Shown: one piece after another, positions 27,218-36,229 of the stretch
How the letters are laid out: each line of letters starts with the position of its first letter
How positions within the stretch are numbered: position 1 is the stretch's first letter
IMG/VR virus record: IMGVR_UViG_3300032102_000006
Reading direction: 5' to 3' (one strand)
DNA: 64,000 nt
Source: a virus
Position numbers and translations under genes: made by a program
The notes under the pieces: model-generated
The model's database searches: none
What the model saw: only the letters and a program-made list of their open reading frames with translations
What the model was told of the DNA's origin: nothing

Positions 27218-28576
27218 TTATAAAGATACAATATTATTCTTACAATTTTTTATCAAAAGATTGTACACGTCTGGCAATGTCGTTCTCCAGTTAGTTCCTC
27301 GAAGTTTATCTAATTTATCCATATTATTAACAAATTCATTTAGTTTTGTATAGTCAGTGTGTGAGCTATCTTTGTATTTTGTTAATAGCTTGATTACTGC
27401 GGTATTATATTTTATAAAATTTGGGTCGCTTTCGACTTCATTTTCTTTGTTATAAAATTCAATAATATCGTCTTTTGCACTGGGAGGCAAGCATCTAATA
27501 TCCAACCAGGGCGGATTTTCCAGGAATCTAAATGTGCTAGTCAACTTGTATTTTTTTGCAAACGAATTAACTCTCGGAACAGTAAATATAGTAGCAATGC
27601 CAATACAAGTGCTGATATATTCCACAGGAATATTACGTTCGATAACCGATTCTAGATTCGAAACAAATTTTTCAAATTTACCTGGATATCTAATAAACTC
27701 ATATCGAGTGTCTACTTCGTCTATACTAACGCAAAGTTTTATATCCTTAAATTTAGATAACCTGTTCAATATCTTATCGTTAATAACTGATAAATTAGTA
27801 TCGAACCGTAAAATAATATCTTTTGCAAGATCTGCTTCTATAAGAAGATCTAAACACTTATCCATAGCAGGGACTAAAAATGGTTCACCGCCAGTAAAAT
27901 AAATATACTTTAATTGTGGCATTATTTTTTTAAACTTTTCCCACCAAATATCAGTTTCCCACCAGTTGGGAAAATCTAATTTATTTCTGCCATGCTGATC
28001 AACAACTATCTTATATTCGGTTTTCCCTAATTTAAAAACAGGAGTATCAGTTCCAGTCGATTTGTTTAATGCCAACCAATCATCAGTCCAAAGGCTACTA
28101 CTTTGCGGATTACATTGCAAACATTTTAAATTGCAAAGATTACCAAACCGTATATGTAAATTTACTATATTGCTATTAACTAAACCGTCTGTGTTTGTTA
28201 CATCTGAAGCAGAGTACACGTTAACGTACCCAGGCATATTGGCTAATACCCGTTGCCGTTTGCTCATTCCCTTTTGTTCTTTTAAATTTCCACAAGGGTT
28301 TCGTGTGCTTTCTTCGCTGTCGTAACAATTTCTACAACGAAGCGGTTTTTCATTTCTGCTTAATTGTAAGCGATGTTCTTTGTGTATTGCACTATTAATT
28401 GCTTCTTCAAACGAGTGGGTCAGGATGTTCATTTGATTGCCATCAGTGTCTAGAGCCATTCCGAATTCTTTATCGTAATTTGCTAAACAGCAAAGACTGA
28501 AATCACCTGCCATGTTTATTTCAAGTTGATTCCATACCTCAGGGCAAAAACTTTCTTTATTAAATGTTAATGACAT
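27218..28576 (-). CDS. Radical SAM protein, paralog of 25839-27194
   Basis: CNLKCLQC, GGEP; shared WWETDIWW and RGTNWRTTLPD. Confidence 0.9.
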   Translation of the reverse strand: MSLTFNKESFCPEVWNQLEINMAGDFSLCCLANYDKEFGMALDTDGNQMNILTHSFEEAINSAIHKEHRLQLSRNEKPLRCRNCYDSEESTRNPCGNLKEQKGMSKRQRVLANMPGYVNVYSASDVTNTDGLVNSNIVNLHIRFGNLCNLKCLQCNPQSSSLWTDDWLALNKSTGTDTPVFKLGKTEYKIVVDQHGRNKLDFPNWWETDIWWEKFKKIMPQLKYIYFTGGEPFLVPAMDKCLDLLIEADLAKDIILRFDTNLSVINDKILNRLSKFKDIKLCVSIDEVDTRYEFIRYPGKFEKFVSNLESVIERNIPVEYISTCIGIATIFTVPRVNSFAKKYKLTSTFRFLENPPWLDIRCLPPSAKDDIIEFYNKENEVESDPNFIKYNTAVIKLLTKYKDSSHTDYTKLNEFVNNMDKLDKLRGTNWRTTLPDVYNLLIKNCKNNIVSL

Positions 28577-28586
28577 TACTATAATC

Positions 28587-28625
28587 TTAGAATATTACAC
28601 GGAATCTATCCGTGTAATATTCTAA
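28587..28625. repeat. Perfect 17-bp inverted repeat (hairpin)
   Basis: TTAGAATATTACACGGA-atcta-TCCGTGTAATATTCTAA. Confidence 0.85.
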
Positions 28626-28633
28626 TTTATTTA

Positions 28634-29749
28634 TTAAAACGCATCGTAATGGAAGGTTCGTTCCTTACTGCGAGTCAGCACCATGCGGTCTCCGTCTTCA
28701 TTGACAAAGATAAACTTGCTGTTAGCAGCGTCTACCTTTAGCAGGTTACGAGGTGTGAAGCAGGCGTAATCCCAGTTCCAGTCACGTGACTTGGAAGTAG
28801 TAGCCGCTGTTAGCACAGGAGCTTCGTCTTCACTATCTTCATCAGTGTAGTTCTTCCAGCTGATTTCGGACTCATCAGTCAGCGGGTTACCACTCCACTG
28901 TTTGGTACCCAGCTGCTCGAACTCAACGTCAATACCCTTGACCTGCAGGCTAACGTCGAACTTGACTTCACTGCTGAACTCAGGCTTGGCGTTCAGTAGC
29001 TTGATGACTTCTTGCGGAGTTTCACCGTAGCGGTTCATATCCTCAACCATGGCCTTGAGCATGTCAAAGTTAAATTGGTTAAAGATGCTACTGATGTTAC
29101 AGACCGATTGGATGTGGTCCTTGTTCTTCAGGTTGTCTTCACAGTATTCACGAACGAAGTCAACATCCAGACCTTTGAAGTCGATCATGTAGAAGATACG
29201 ACCAGGACGGTTACGCATGTGTTGGTCCACACGCCACTTGTCATTGCAAGTCAGCAGGAACAGTTTCTTGCTTGGGTACACACCGTCCAGCAGAGTCAGA
29301 ATTGCCTCTTGCTGTTCTTTGTCGTAGACCTTTTCAAACTCGTCAAACAGGATCACACAAGGCTGATCAATGTTCTGCATAAAGCTGTTGAAAGGATCAC
29401 CACACCAAGGGCTGTTGATAACAATGGTGGGGATACCTTGTTCGGCAGCATTGATACTGATCTGCTTGGTCAGCAGAGTCTTACCACTACCCTTTTCACC
29501 AGTCAGCATAACACCAGTGCTGGCGCCACGATCCTTGAAAGTGTTTAGGATACGATCTGCATGGCGGGTGGTGTTACCGTAGAGCTTACCCTTGATCTCA
29601 AAGCTGTCAATAACTTCGAGGTAGAACTGTTTGGTCATTGGATTTTGTTTGACCACATAGTTACCTGCGGGCAGGAAGTCATGCAGGTCCATTGCCTCTT
29701 TGCTGGAGACGCTGTAAGTATTGCCAGATTTCAGAAAGTAAGATGCCAT
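28634..29749 (-). CDS. AAA+ ATPase
   Basis: GEKGSGKT, ILFDEFEK, NRPGR. Confidence 0.9.
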   Translation of the reverse strand: MASYFLKSGNTYSVSSKEAMDLHDFLPAGNYVVKQNPMTKQFYLEVIDSFEIKGKLYGNTTRHADRILNTFKDRGASTGVMLTGEKGSGKTLLTKQISINAAEQGIPTIVINSPWCGDPFNSFMQNIDQPCVILFDEFEKVYDKEQQEAILTLLDGVYPSKKLFLLTCNDKWRVDQHMRNRPGRIFYMIDFKGLDVDFVREYCEDNLKNKDHIQSVCNISSIFNQFNFDMLKAMVEDMNRYGETPQEVIKLLNAKPEFSSEVKFDVSLQVKGIDVEFEQLGTKQWSGNPLTDESEISWKNYTDEDSEDEAPVLTAATTSKSRDWNWDYACFTPRNLLKVDAANSKFIFVNEDGDRMVLTRSKERTFHYDAF

Positions 29750-29827
29750 TTTGTTTGCCTTAATGTATTGTTGATTTGTTTATTATAGCAGGAGTAGGCA
29801 TTTCTGCCTACTCTCTTGTTTACCAAT

Positions 29828-31228
29828 TTACTTCATGCTGTTAGCACGAACAGTAGCGAAGTCAATTTCCTTGATCAACTTACCATCACAGTAAACAGTT
29901 TCCAGAACATCAACGAAATCGCCAATGCCCCGGTCAGTCCAACCAGTTGGTTTGTTAACTGCACTAACATACTCGCCACCTGACTTCCAAAGAGTCACGC
30001 AACCTGCTTTAGACTTTTTACCAGGATCGGTAATAGGATCTTTTTGCACATCAATCCAGTTGCCTGAACCGATTTCAACTGCGCTACACTTCATCGCAAA
30101 CTTCTGAGTATCGCGATCAATTGCTTGCAGTAGGGCTCCTCCCATACCAAAAGCAATATTGTCAGCACTCCAACCCATAGCCATAAAGCCACCAAGAATG
30201 CTACGGATAGTGAGTTCGTTTACACCGTCACCTTGGATAAGACGAACGTTGTTAAGAACTTTGAATCCTTTGCTGTTTTTTGTGTATCCAAACTTTTCTC
30301 CAAGGATCTCAATCAATTGTTGATTAACAGTGAGAGGATCGCCGCTATCAGGACGAATGACAACGGTAGCACCGCTGGCAACAACCTTTTCACGGAGTTC
30401 TTCACCCCAAAGTTTGCTGGCCGCATTGTAAATATCATAGCTGTCAGACACCACAGCGACAATAGCTCCAGGCTTAGCAAACTGAGCAAGCATATTTTCA
30501 TAGGCTTTTACTTCGTTTTCACGACCCCAACTTGTGATGGTGCTGTGTTCTGCGGCAGGGATTGAGAAACCGCTAATGCCAGCATTGTAATACTCACGAG
30601 CGTAAAGGATACCAGTAATAGTGTCAGTGCCCATAAAGTTGACCAGGTGCGCTGCTCCGCCGATACCAGCACTTTCCATACTCGATACGCCACGAGCGCC
30701 GAAGTCGTGCAACTTAAAATCGATAAGAGTAGGGTCACCAGTTTTCTCCAAATAATCAAGAATGACTCGTTTAATAGTCCAACTTTGTGTTGCGACTGTA
30801 GTAGGATACCACACTGCACGAAGCAAAGCAGTTTCCAAATAAGTAGTTAGCCAGTAGCACTCTGGGTCTGTATTTTCGATAGTTGCCAGAACGTTCTTTA
30901 CGGGAACAACAGTTCCTTCAGGAACGGCTCTAATGACAACTGGGAGGTATCCATTGTGCTTGTCAAGAATGTATTGCCATCCTGCTCGGTTGAAAGGCTC
31001 ACCGTGTGCGGTAAGGATTTCGTCAGCGATATCAATGTCTGCCTGAGTAATAGGTTCGAGTAGGTATTCCTTGATAAAGGCCTGTAGTCCGAAGAATACT
31101 GTGCGATCGTAACGCCCACCCCTGCTTTCGATGTAAGAATAAACACCTGTAGTTCCTTGTGGGTATTGTTTGAACATGCTAACTTTGTAGCTGTCTGTGT
31201 TCAGCAAAATGTTGCTTGCGAGTTTCAT
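29828..31228 (-). CDS. nadV: Nicotinamide phosphoribosyltransferase (NAMPT)
   Basis: TDSYK, LHDFGARG, PAAEHS, VSDSYD, IRPDSG, IQGDG, FGMGG. Confidence 0.95.
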   Translation of the reverse strand: MKLASNILLNTDSYKVSMFKQYPQGTTGVYSYIESRGGRYDRTVFFGLQAFIKEYLLEPITQADIDIADEILTAHGEPFNRAGWQYILDKHNGYLPVVIRAVPEGTVVPVKNVLATIENTDPECYWLTTYLETALLRAVWYPTTVATQSWTIKRVILDYLEKTGDPTLIDFKLHDFGARGVSSMESAGIGGAAHLVNFMGTDTITGILYAREYYNAGISGFSIPAAEHSTITSWGRENEVKAYENMLAQFAKPGAIVAVVSDSYDIYNAASKLWGEELREKVVASGATVVIRPDSGDPLTVNQQLIEILGEKFGYTKNSKGFKVLNNVRLIQGDGVNELTIRSILGGFMAMGWSADNIAFGMGGALLQAIDRDTQKFAMKCSAVEIGSGNWIDVQKDPITDPGKKSKAGCVTLWKSGGEYVSAVNKPTGWTDRGIGDFVDVLETVYCDGKLIKEIDFATVRANSMK

Positions 31229-31281
31229 AATAAAGTTCCTTTACTAAAATTGCCTTAGGTCTTTCCTTAGGACTTGCTTAC

Positions 31282-31310
31282 AGTATAACACAAACCTATT
31301 TTTGTGTCAA
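31282..31310 (-). promoter_or_regulatory. sigma70 promoter of NAMPT
   Basis: TTGACA-17-TATACT. Confidence 0.8.
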
Positions 31311-31507
31311 CTTTTTCCTCTAATAGCTCGTAGCTTTTGCTCTTGCTCATAGATTTCTCTGCACTCTGTAGAGCAAAATGCCCCGGGAGTTGGTTCTTCA
31401 CAGGTCAAACAGAATCCGGTTTTTTCCGGTACTGCGGCCTTGGTATTCAGTGCTCGCTGTAGCAACATTTCGGTTACTTCAGCTGCTTCGTCTAATGGAT
31501 CGGCCAT
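31307..31507 (-). CDS. TraR/DksA-like C4 zinc-finger protein
   Basis: MADPLDEA...CLTC...FCSTEC. Confidence 0.7.
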   Translation of the reverse strand: MADPLDEAAEVTEMLLQRALNTKAAVPEKTGFCLTCEEPTPGAFCSTECREIYEQEQKLRAIRGKS

Positions 31508-31764
31508 TATGCTCCTTCAAAATATACAGTTACGCCTTCGAAAACTGTTTCGGTGTATTCGCCCCGATATGAGCCTTTACTTACAGTTTTCATATTCATC
31601 TCTACCTTAGAGACTTTCTTGCCAGTTTGCTCCTCAACCACTCGGGTAATCATTTCTTTAACTACCCGTTCGCTAATAGTAGCACTTACTGCAAAATTAA
31701 AATTATATCCGTTCATATGTTGTCGTCCTTTTTCGACTGCATTGACTAAATCAGGGACTATCAT
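31507..31764 (-). CDS. Hypothetical protein (start uncertain)
   Basis: Coupled ORF. Confidence 0.6.
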   Translation of the reverse strand: MIVPDLVNAVEKGRQHMNGYNFNFAVSATISERVVKEMITRVVEEQTGKKVSKVEMNMKTVSKGSYRGEYTETVFEGVTVYFEGA

Positions 31765-31945
31765 AAATTGTTTCCATTTCATCAAGAATAGCTTCTGCTT
31801 CTTTTAGGCCTTGTTCCCAACGCTTGAGCATGCTACGAAAGTCGGCAATGTTTTCTCGATTGATAAACATATCGCCGCCCCAAACGGCTGCATCAACTTC
31901 GTCGATTGCACCTTCATTCAAACGGTCATATTCTTTGGTAGTCAT
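31751..31945 (-). CDS. Hypothetical protein
   Basis: ATGA overlap. Confidence 0.65.
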   Translation of the reverse strand: MTTKEYDRLNEGAIDEVDAAVWGGDMFINRENIADFRSMLKRWEQGLKEAEAILDEMETIYDSP

Positions 31946-32181
31946 TTTTCAACTCCGAAATGTTGTTTAATCTTACGATGGCACTCGTTAGCACCTCGCT
32001 GATAGCCTTCAAACCAAACACCTTCACCATCGCTGTTCAATACACCATCTTCAACAATCTCTAGACATTCCCGAACAATCAACTCGGCGAACTGTTCTTC
32101 GTCAAATACCCAAGAGGTGTATCCGTCTTTTTGGACAGGAACCATAGATTTTGCTCTGAGTTCTTTAATTCGTTCGTTCAT
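31942..32181 (-). CDS. MNERI family protein, copy 3
   Basis: MNERIKEL...QFAELIVREC...IKQHFGVEK. Confidence 0.8.
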   Translation of the reverse strand: MNERIKELRAKSMVPVQKDGYTSWVFDEEQFAELIVRECLEIVEDGVLNSDGEGVWFEGYQRGANECHRKIKQHFGVEK

Positions 32182-32417
32182 TCTTCGACTCCGAAATGTT
32201 CGTTCATGTCACTTACTAACACATCTAGAACCGTTTTCATTATAACATCATTTGGTGGTAGTGCTTGAATGTTTGGTGTAGTGATACACATAGCACATTC
32301 CTTCACTACCAATTCAGTGAATTTTTCAACAAACTCTGCTTGCCACTCACCACCTTCTTTCAATGGATTGACAAAACATGCGGCTTGTTGCCAAAGGTCT
32401 TTAATTCGTTCGTTCAT
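32178..32417 (-). CDS. MNERI family protein, copy 4
   Basis: MNERIKDL...KFTELVVKECA...EHFGVEE. Confidence 0.8.
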   Translation of the reverse strand: MNERIKDLWQQAACFVNPLKEGGEWQAEFVEKFTELVVKECAMCITTPNIQALPPNDVIMKTVLDVLVSDMNEHFGVEE

Positions 32418-32443
32418 ACAATACTTTCTTTGTTGATGTGTAT

Positions 32444-32472
32444 ATTATAGCACCGTTCGACCATTCTGTCAA
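32444..32472 (-). promoter_or_regulatory. Consensus sigma70 promoter
   Basis: TTGACA-17-TATAAT. Confidence 0.85.
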
Positions 32473-32534
32473 GCACCTTGTAAAGCCCACAGTTCTTAGC
32501 ATAAAATGATAAATAAACTGAAGGGACAAATACA

Positions 32535-33482
32535 ATGGCAACCGGTAAACGATTAACAACTGACGAATTTATAGCAAGAGCGAACATAATTCACAACTCC
32601 AAATACAGGTATACTAATGTAGTATACAAAAACTTTCAAACCAAAATACAAATTACCTGCCCAATCCACGGCGAATTTCAACAAAAGCCCGAATACCACT
32701 TAAACGGAAATGGCTGTGCTGAATGTGGCAAACAAAATAATTCTCTCCGTTTTAGAAAAGATTCGGCAATCTTTATCGCCGAGATTAATTCTATTCATAA
32801 CAACAAATACGACTATTCCAAAGTTGACTACATAAACTGGGCAACTAAGATTATTATCACTTGTCCAGAACACGGCGACTTCCTACAAACTCCTCATAGC
32901 CACAGAAGCGGGAACGGTTGTCCCAAATGTGCAGCTCACGCGACTCGTATTAGAAAACTCCATACCACCGAAATGTTTATAGAAAAAGCAAAACATAAGC
33001 ACAGTGATAACTATGACTATTCCAAAACTCAATACTTAGGTGATAACAAGAAATTAACCATTATATGTAAAACTCACGGCGAGTTTAATCAAGTTGCTGG
33101 TTATCATCTCAGCGGTCACGGATGTTCCAAATGTAATAGATCCAAGGGCGAAGATAGAGTTGCAACAGTCCTTAAAAGCCTTGACGTTGAATTTATTGAA
33201 CAACATAAGTTTGATGAATGTAGAAACAAGGCTCCACTTGAATTTGACTTTTACATCCCATCCCATAACTTGTGTATAGAATATGACGGAGTTCAACATT
33301 TTAAGATTGTTCCTCGTCACTCAGATCAACAAAAGAATGAAGCAGGATTCTTAACTGGACTTGCTAATGATAACATCAAGAACAAGTTCTGTGAAGATAA
33401 CAATATACTATTGTTAAGAATCCCTTATCATAAATTCAACGATATCGAAACAATAATTAAAACCCAACTAGGTCTTGTATGA
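32535..33482 (+). mobile_element. Putative homing endonuclease: three Cys/His zinc repeats plus C-terminal PD-(D/E)xK (Vsr/DUF559-like) domain
   Basis: Repeats I.C..HG.F.Q....H..G.GC..C; FDFYIP...IEYDG.QH; opposite strand to neighbours. Confidence 0.8.
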
Positions 33483-34476
33483 TCTCATAATGATCTTCGA
33501 AGGTCTCCTCACTCTTAATTTCGGCAATCGGAATCCATTTTGCTTTAAGGGCATCGTCAGATCCTTTTACTTTTGGCAACTCCCCATCAGGCAATTGGAT
33601 TAAGAATGCGTGAGTTATAATTCTGCCCCGCGGACTGCGATCAATAGCATCATATACTTTACTGCGAACAATTGAACCCCTAAGCACCGGCTCGGGCACT
33701 TTAATCATAGTTTCTTCACGAAGTTCGCGGATTGCGGCATCTTCTACACTTTTATCCGTTTGAGCATTTACATACCCACCTGGCAGGGCCATTAGATTTT
33801 TTCCGGGCTCGGCTCTGCGTTTAATCATCAGCACGTGGCCACTTTGGATTACCACAGCATCAGCAGTGCTGAAGATTGGAGGGTAAGGGAGACTTGCGTA
33901 TTGCTTTTTGTAGTTAGCTACGAACTCACGCTCACGAATGATTTGCTCGTAGTCAGCTGTAGTCTTGAACTGTTCAAGAAAATCAAAAGTAGTTTCAGGA
34001 ACAACGCCTTTAATGAAACGCATATTGCAATCGCTCTTGAAGTACAGGTCGCGAATGTTAACTGCGCTCAAGGGTTCGATTTCTTCCACATTGATGTACT
34101 CCCACTGTGGGAACATATCAAGGTAGAACGAGCTGTCGTCTTTCTTGTGACCAATGATAGCATCTTTAGTACCAAGGATGCGATACTTGCTGTGAATACC
34201 TTGAACACGAACTGCCCAGGCTTGGTCATTGTAGATTGTGTCAATGTTAGGCTCAACATAAACACGCATACTTAGTCCGGCTGTTGCGGCACGGATCATC
34301 TTTGCCCGTTCCTCGAAAGTAAACGGGTTCTTGTAAGTACGGGGTTGATTAGCACTGCCTGCCACTACAACCAGCTGGTCGGTAAGTGCAGTGCAACGCT
34401 TGATAATTTCGAGGTGTGCCGAGTGCAGGGGTTGGAAACGCCCGATCAGCATAATAGTTCCATATGGCTTAGTCAT
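33457..34476 (-). CDS. Bifunctional NMN adenylyltransferase / Nudix hydrolase (NadM-Nudix)
   Basis: GRFQPLHSAH, NPF..EER, Nudix box GG...AAIRELREET, GSDDA. Confidence 0.95.
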   Translation of the reverse strand: MTKPYGTIMLIGRFQPLHSAHLEIIKRCTALTDQLVVVAGSANQPRTYKNPFTFEERAKMIRAATAGLSMRVYVEPNIDTIYNDQAWAVRVQGIHSKYRILGTKDAIIGHKKDDSSFYLDMFPQWEYINVEEIEPLSAVNIRDLYFKSDCNMRFIKGVVPETTFDFLEQFKTTADYEQIIREREFVANYKKQYASLPYPPIFSTADAVVIQSGHVLMIKRRAEPGKNLMALPGGYVNAQTDKSVEDAAIRELREETMIKVPEPVLRGSIVRSKVYDAIDRSPRGRIITHAFLIQLPDGELPKVKGSDDALKAKWIPIAEIKSEETFEDHYEIIQDLVGF

Positions 34477-34835
34477 TTTACACCTTCCAGTCTTGCAATT
34501 TTTTGTGCCAGTTCTTTTTCGATTTTGGCGATTTCTGCCATAGCCTTTGCGCGGGCTTCACTAACGATTTCAGTAGTTTCTACTACTTTAGCCCGAGTAG
34601 TGACTTCCAGCACCTCGATGCTTGTCACATCACGGCGCATGTAATCTGTGCTAGAAAATGTAGGAATGTCGTCCAGTTTGGCGAACTTCTTGTTGCAAGC
34701 CATAGACGAAAAAGTGCTCCAGTACGGGTAGCCACCAGAGTGTGCGTCAGTGTCGTAATAGACACGCTCGCCTGTTTTGTTGATTGCTGACAAGATATAG
34801 AACTTGTCGACGGTGAATGTAGTTGCTTTTGACAT
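34473..34835 (-). CDS. Hypothetical protein
   Basis: First gene of the NadM-Nudix transcript. Confidence 0.7.
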   Translation of the reverse strand: MSKATTFTVDKFYILSAINKTGERVYYDTDAHSGGYPYWSTFSSMACNKKFAKLDDIPTFSSTDYMRRDVTSIEVLEVTTRAKVVETTEIVSEARAKAMAEIAKIEKELAQKIARLEGVK

Positions 34836-34897
34836 TGTAAAATCCTTACAATAGTTGTCCGAGTTGCGTCTATCGCTTCTCTTGTTTATTTAGTATT

Positions 34898-34926
34898 ATT
34901 ATATAGTTTTTGCTATTTTGTGTCAA
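34898..34926 (-). promoter_or_regulatory. Consensus sigma70 promoter
   Basis: TTGACA-17-TATAAT. Confidence 0.85.
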
Positions 34927-34928
34927 TT

Positions 34929-34952
34929 AAAAAGGGGCAATTGCCCCTTTTT
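34929..34952. terminator. Intrinsic terminator
   Basis: AAAAAGGGGCAATTGCCCCTTTTT. Confidence 0.85.
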
Positions 34953-34953
34953 G

Positions 34954-35895
34954 TTATGCGTAGATTACTAAACTCGTACCGCACTCTGTACAGAATTTGG
35001 CAGTGGCTTTGTTTGTGTGTCCGCAGGTATCGCATTTCTGCTTGGCCTTAACTGTAACAGGTTTTACTACAGGTTTGTTATCGGCGGTTTCTCCTAACAG
35101 TTTTAGAACAATGGTATGCTTTTCAGCTTCCATTGCACCCATGTAGGTGGTTTGGAACTTTTGTTCGCTCTTACTGCCAGGGACTGTGATACCAACATCG
35201 TTCGCCATCCAGTCCATTGTAGACATACCATCGTGCAGTTCAACTTGGTTGATAATACCGTTGTCGGCACAATACTTGTCTACTGCGGCACTTGCTGCCT
35301 GTGCTGTTACTTTGCCGTTCCTGCTGTAGTCAACACCACGCAATACTCCGCCTACATTTACTTGGCTGAATGTTACACCGTTAGTAGCAACCCAACCGGC
35401 GGTGGTACTCTTGCTGTACTTGTCAACGGCACCAGGGTACTCACTCGTATTACTACTTCCAACGATACCACCGTGGTTGCCGTACATGGGACCAAAGATA
35501 GATCGACGTTGCCATTCAGGTAAGTCTGCAACACGCACAGGTGGTTTTTCAAATTGAAATTCGATACGGACAAGTCCGTCCTCCAATTTTGCACCACGCG
35601 GACCGTTTTCAATTGCACTTGTGCGCTCAATGAATTTGAAGCGGTTGCCTTCGTTTAGGTTGCCGTTCTTTACATAACGCTCCAAGTCAACTTCTTGGCC
35701 TGCATTGAGAACCAAGCCGCCTTCAATGACATTTTTCCCATCAATAAAGATATTGACCAGTGCTCGTGTGGTGTTGAGGTTCTTGATTAGAAAGCTATAT
35801 TCGCTGCCAAATGGAATATAGACTGTGTCCTTGAATTCACGGAGGATCTTGCCGTTAGCTTTTAGACTCGCAACGAGTTTTGATTGAAACATCAT
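34954..35895 (-). CDS. Hypothetical protein with C-terminal zinc ribbon
   Basis: CDTCG...FCTECG. Confidence 0.8.
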   Translation of the reverse strand: MMFQSKLVASLKANGKILREFKDTVYIPFGSEYSFLIKNLNTTRALVNIFIDGKNVIEGGLVLNAGQEVDLERYVKNGNLNEGNRFKFIERTSAIENGPRGAKLEDGLVRIEFQFEKPPVRVADLPEWQRRSIFGPMYGNHGGIVGSSNTSEYPGAVDKYSKSTTAGWVATNGVTFSQVNVGGVLRGVDYSRNGKVTAQAASAAVDKYCADNGIINQVELHDGMSTMDWMANDVGITVPGSKSEQKFQTTYMGAMEAEKHTIVLKLLGETADNKPVVKPVTVKAKQKCDTCGHTNKATAKFCTECGTSLVIYA

Positions 35896-36100
35896 TTTTC
35901 TTCCTTTTACTGCGTACAGACTAAACGCATAATTCTTAAAGTCTGTTGGTTGTAACTGGTGTTACAATACTATTTAATAGTGCCAGTCTGTTCCCAGCTG
36001 TCATCTAAGTTACATTTTGATACTCTTGCCTGCCCACGGATTTATCTAGCTTACCGTGCAACTCATACTGGATTCAACTTAGAAAAGAAACCGCTGCTCT

Positions 36101-36229
36101 TTAGATAGCTTCGTAATCTTCTTTGCCAACGCCACATTCAGGGCAAAGAAAATCATCAGGAAGCTCATCCCATTTACCTTCAAGTTCTTCATCGTGGACA
36201 TGACCACATACTACGCAAACGTATTCCAT
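36101..36229 (-). CDS. Rubredoxin (42 aa), not in ORF track
   Basis: MEYVCVVCGHVHD...WDELPDDFLCPECGVGKEDY. Confidence 0.92.
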   Translation of the reverse strand: MEYVCVVCGHVHDEELEGKWDELPDDFLCPECGVGKEDYEAI

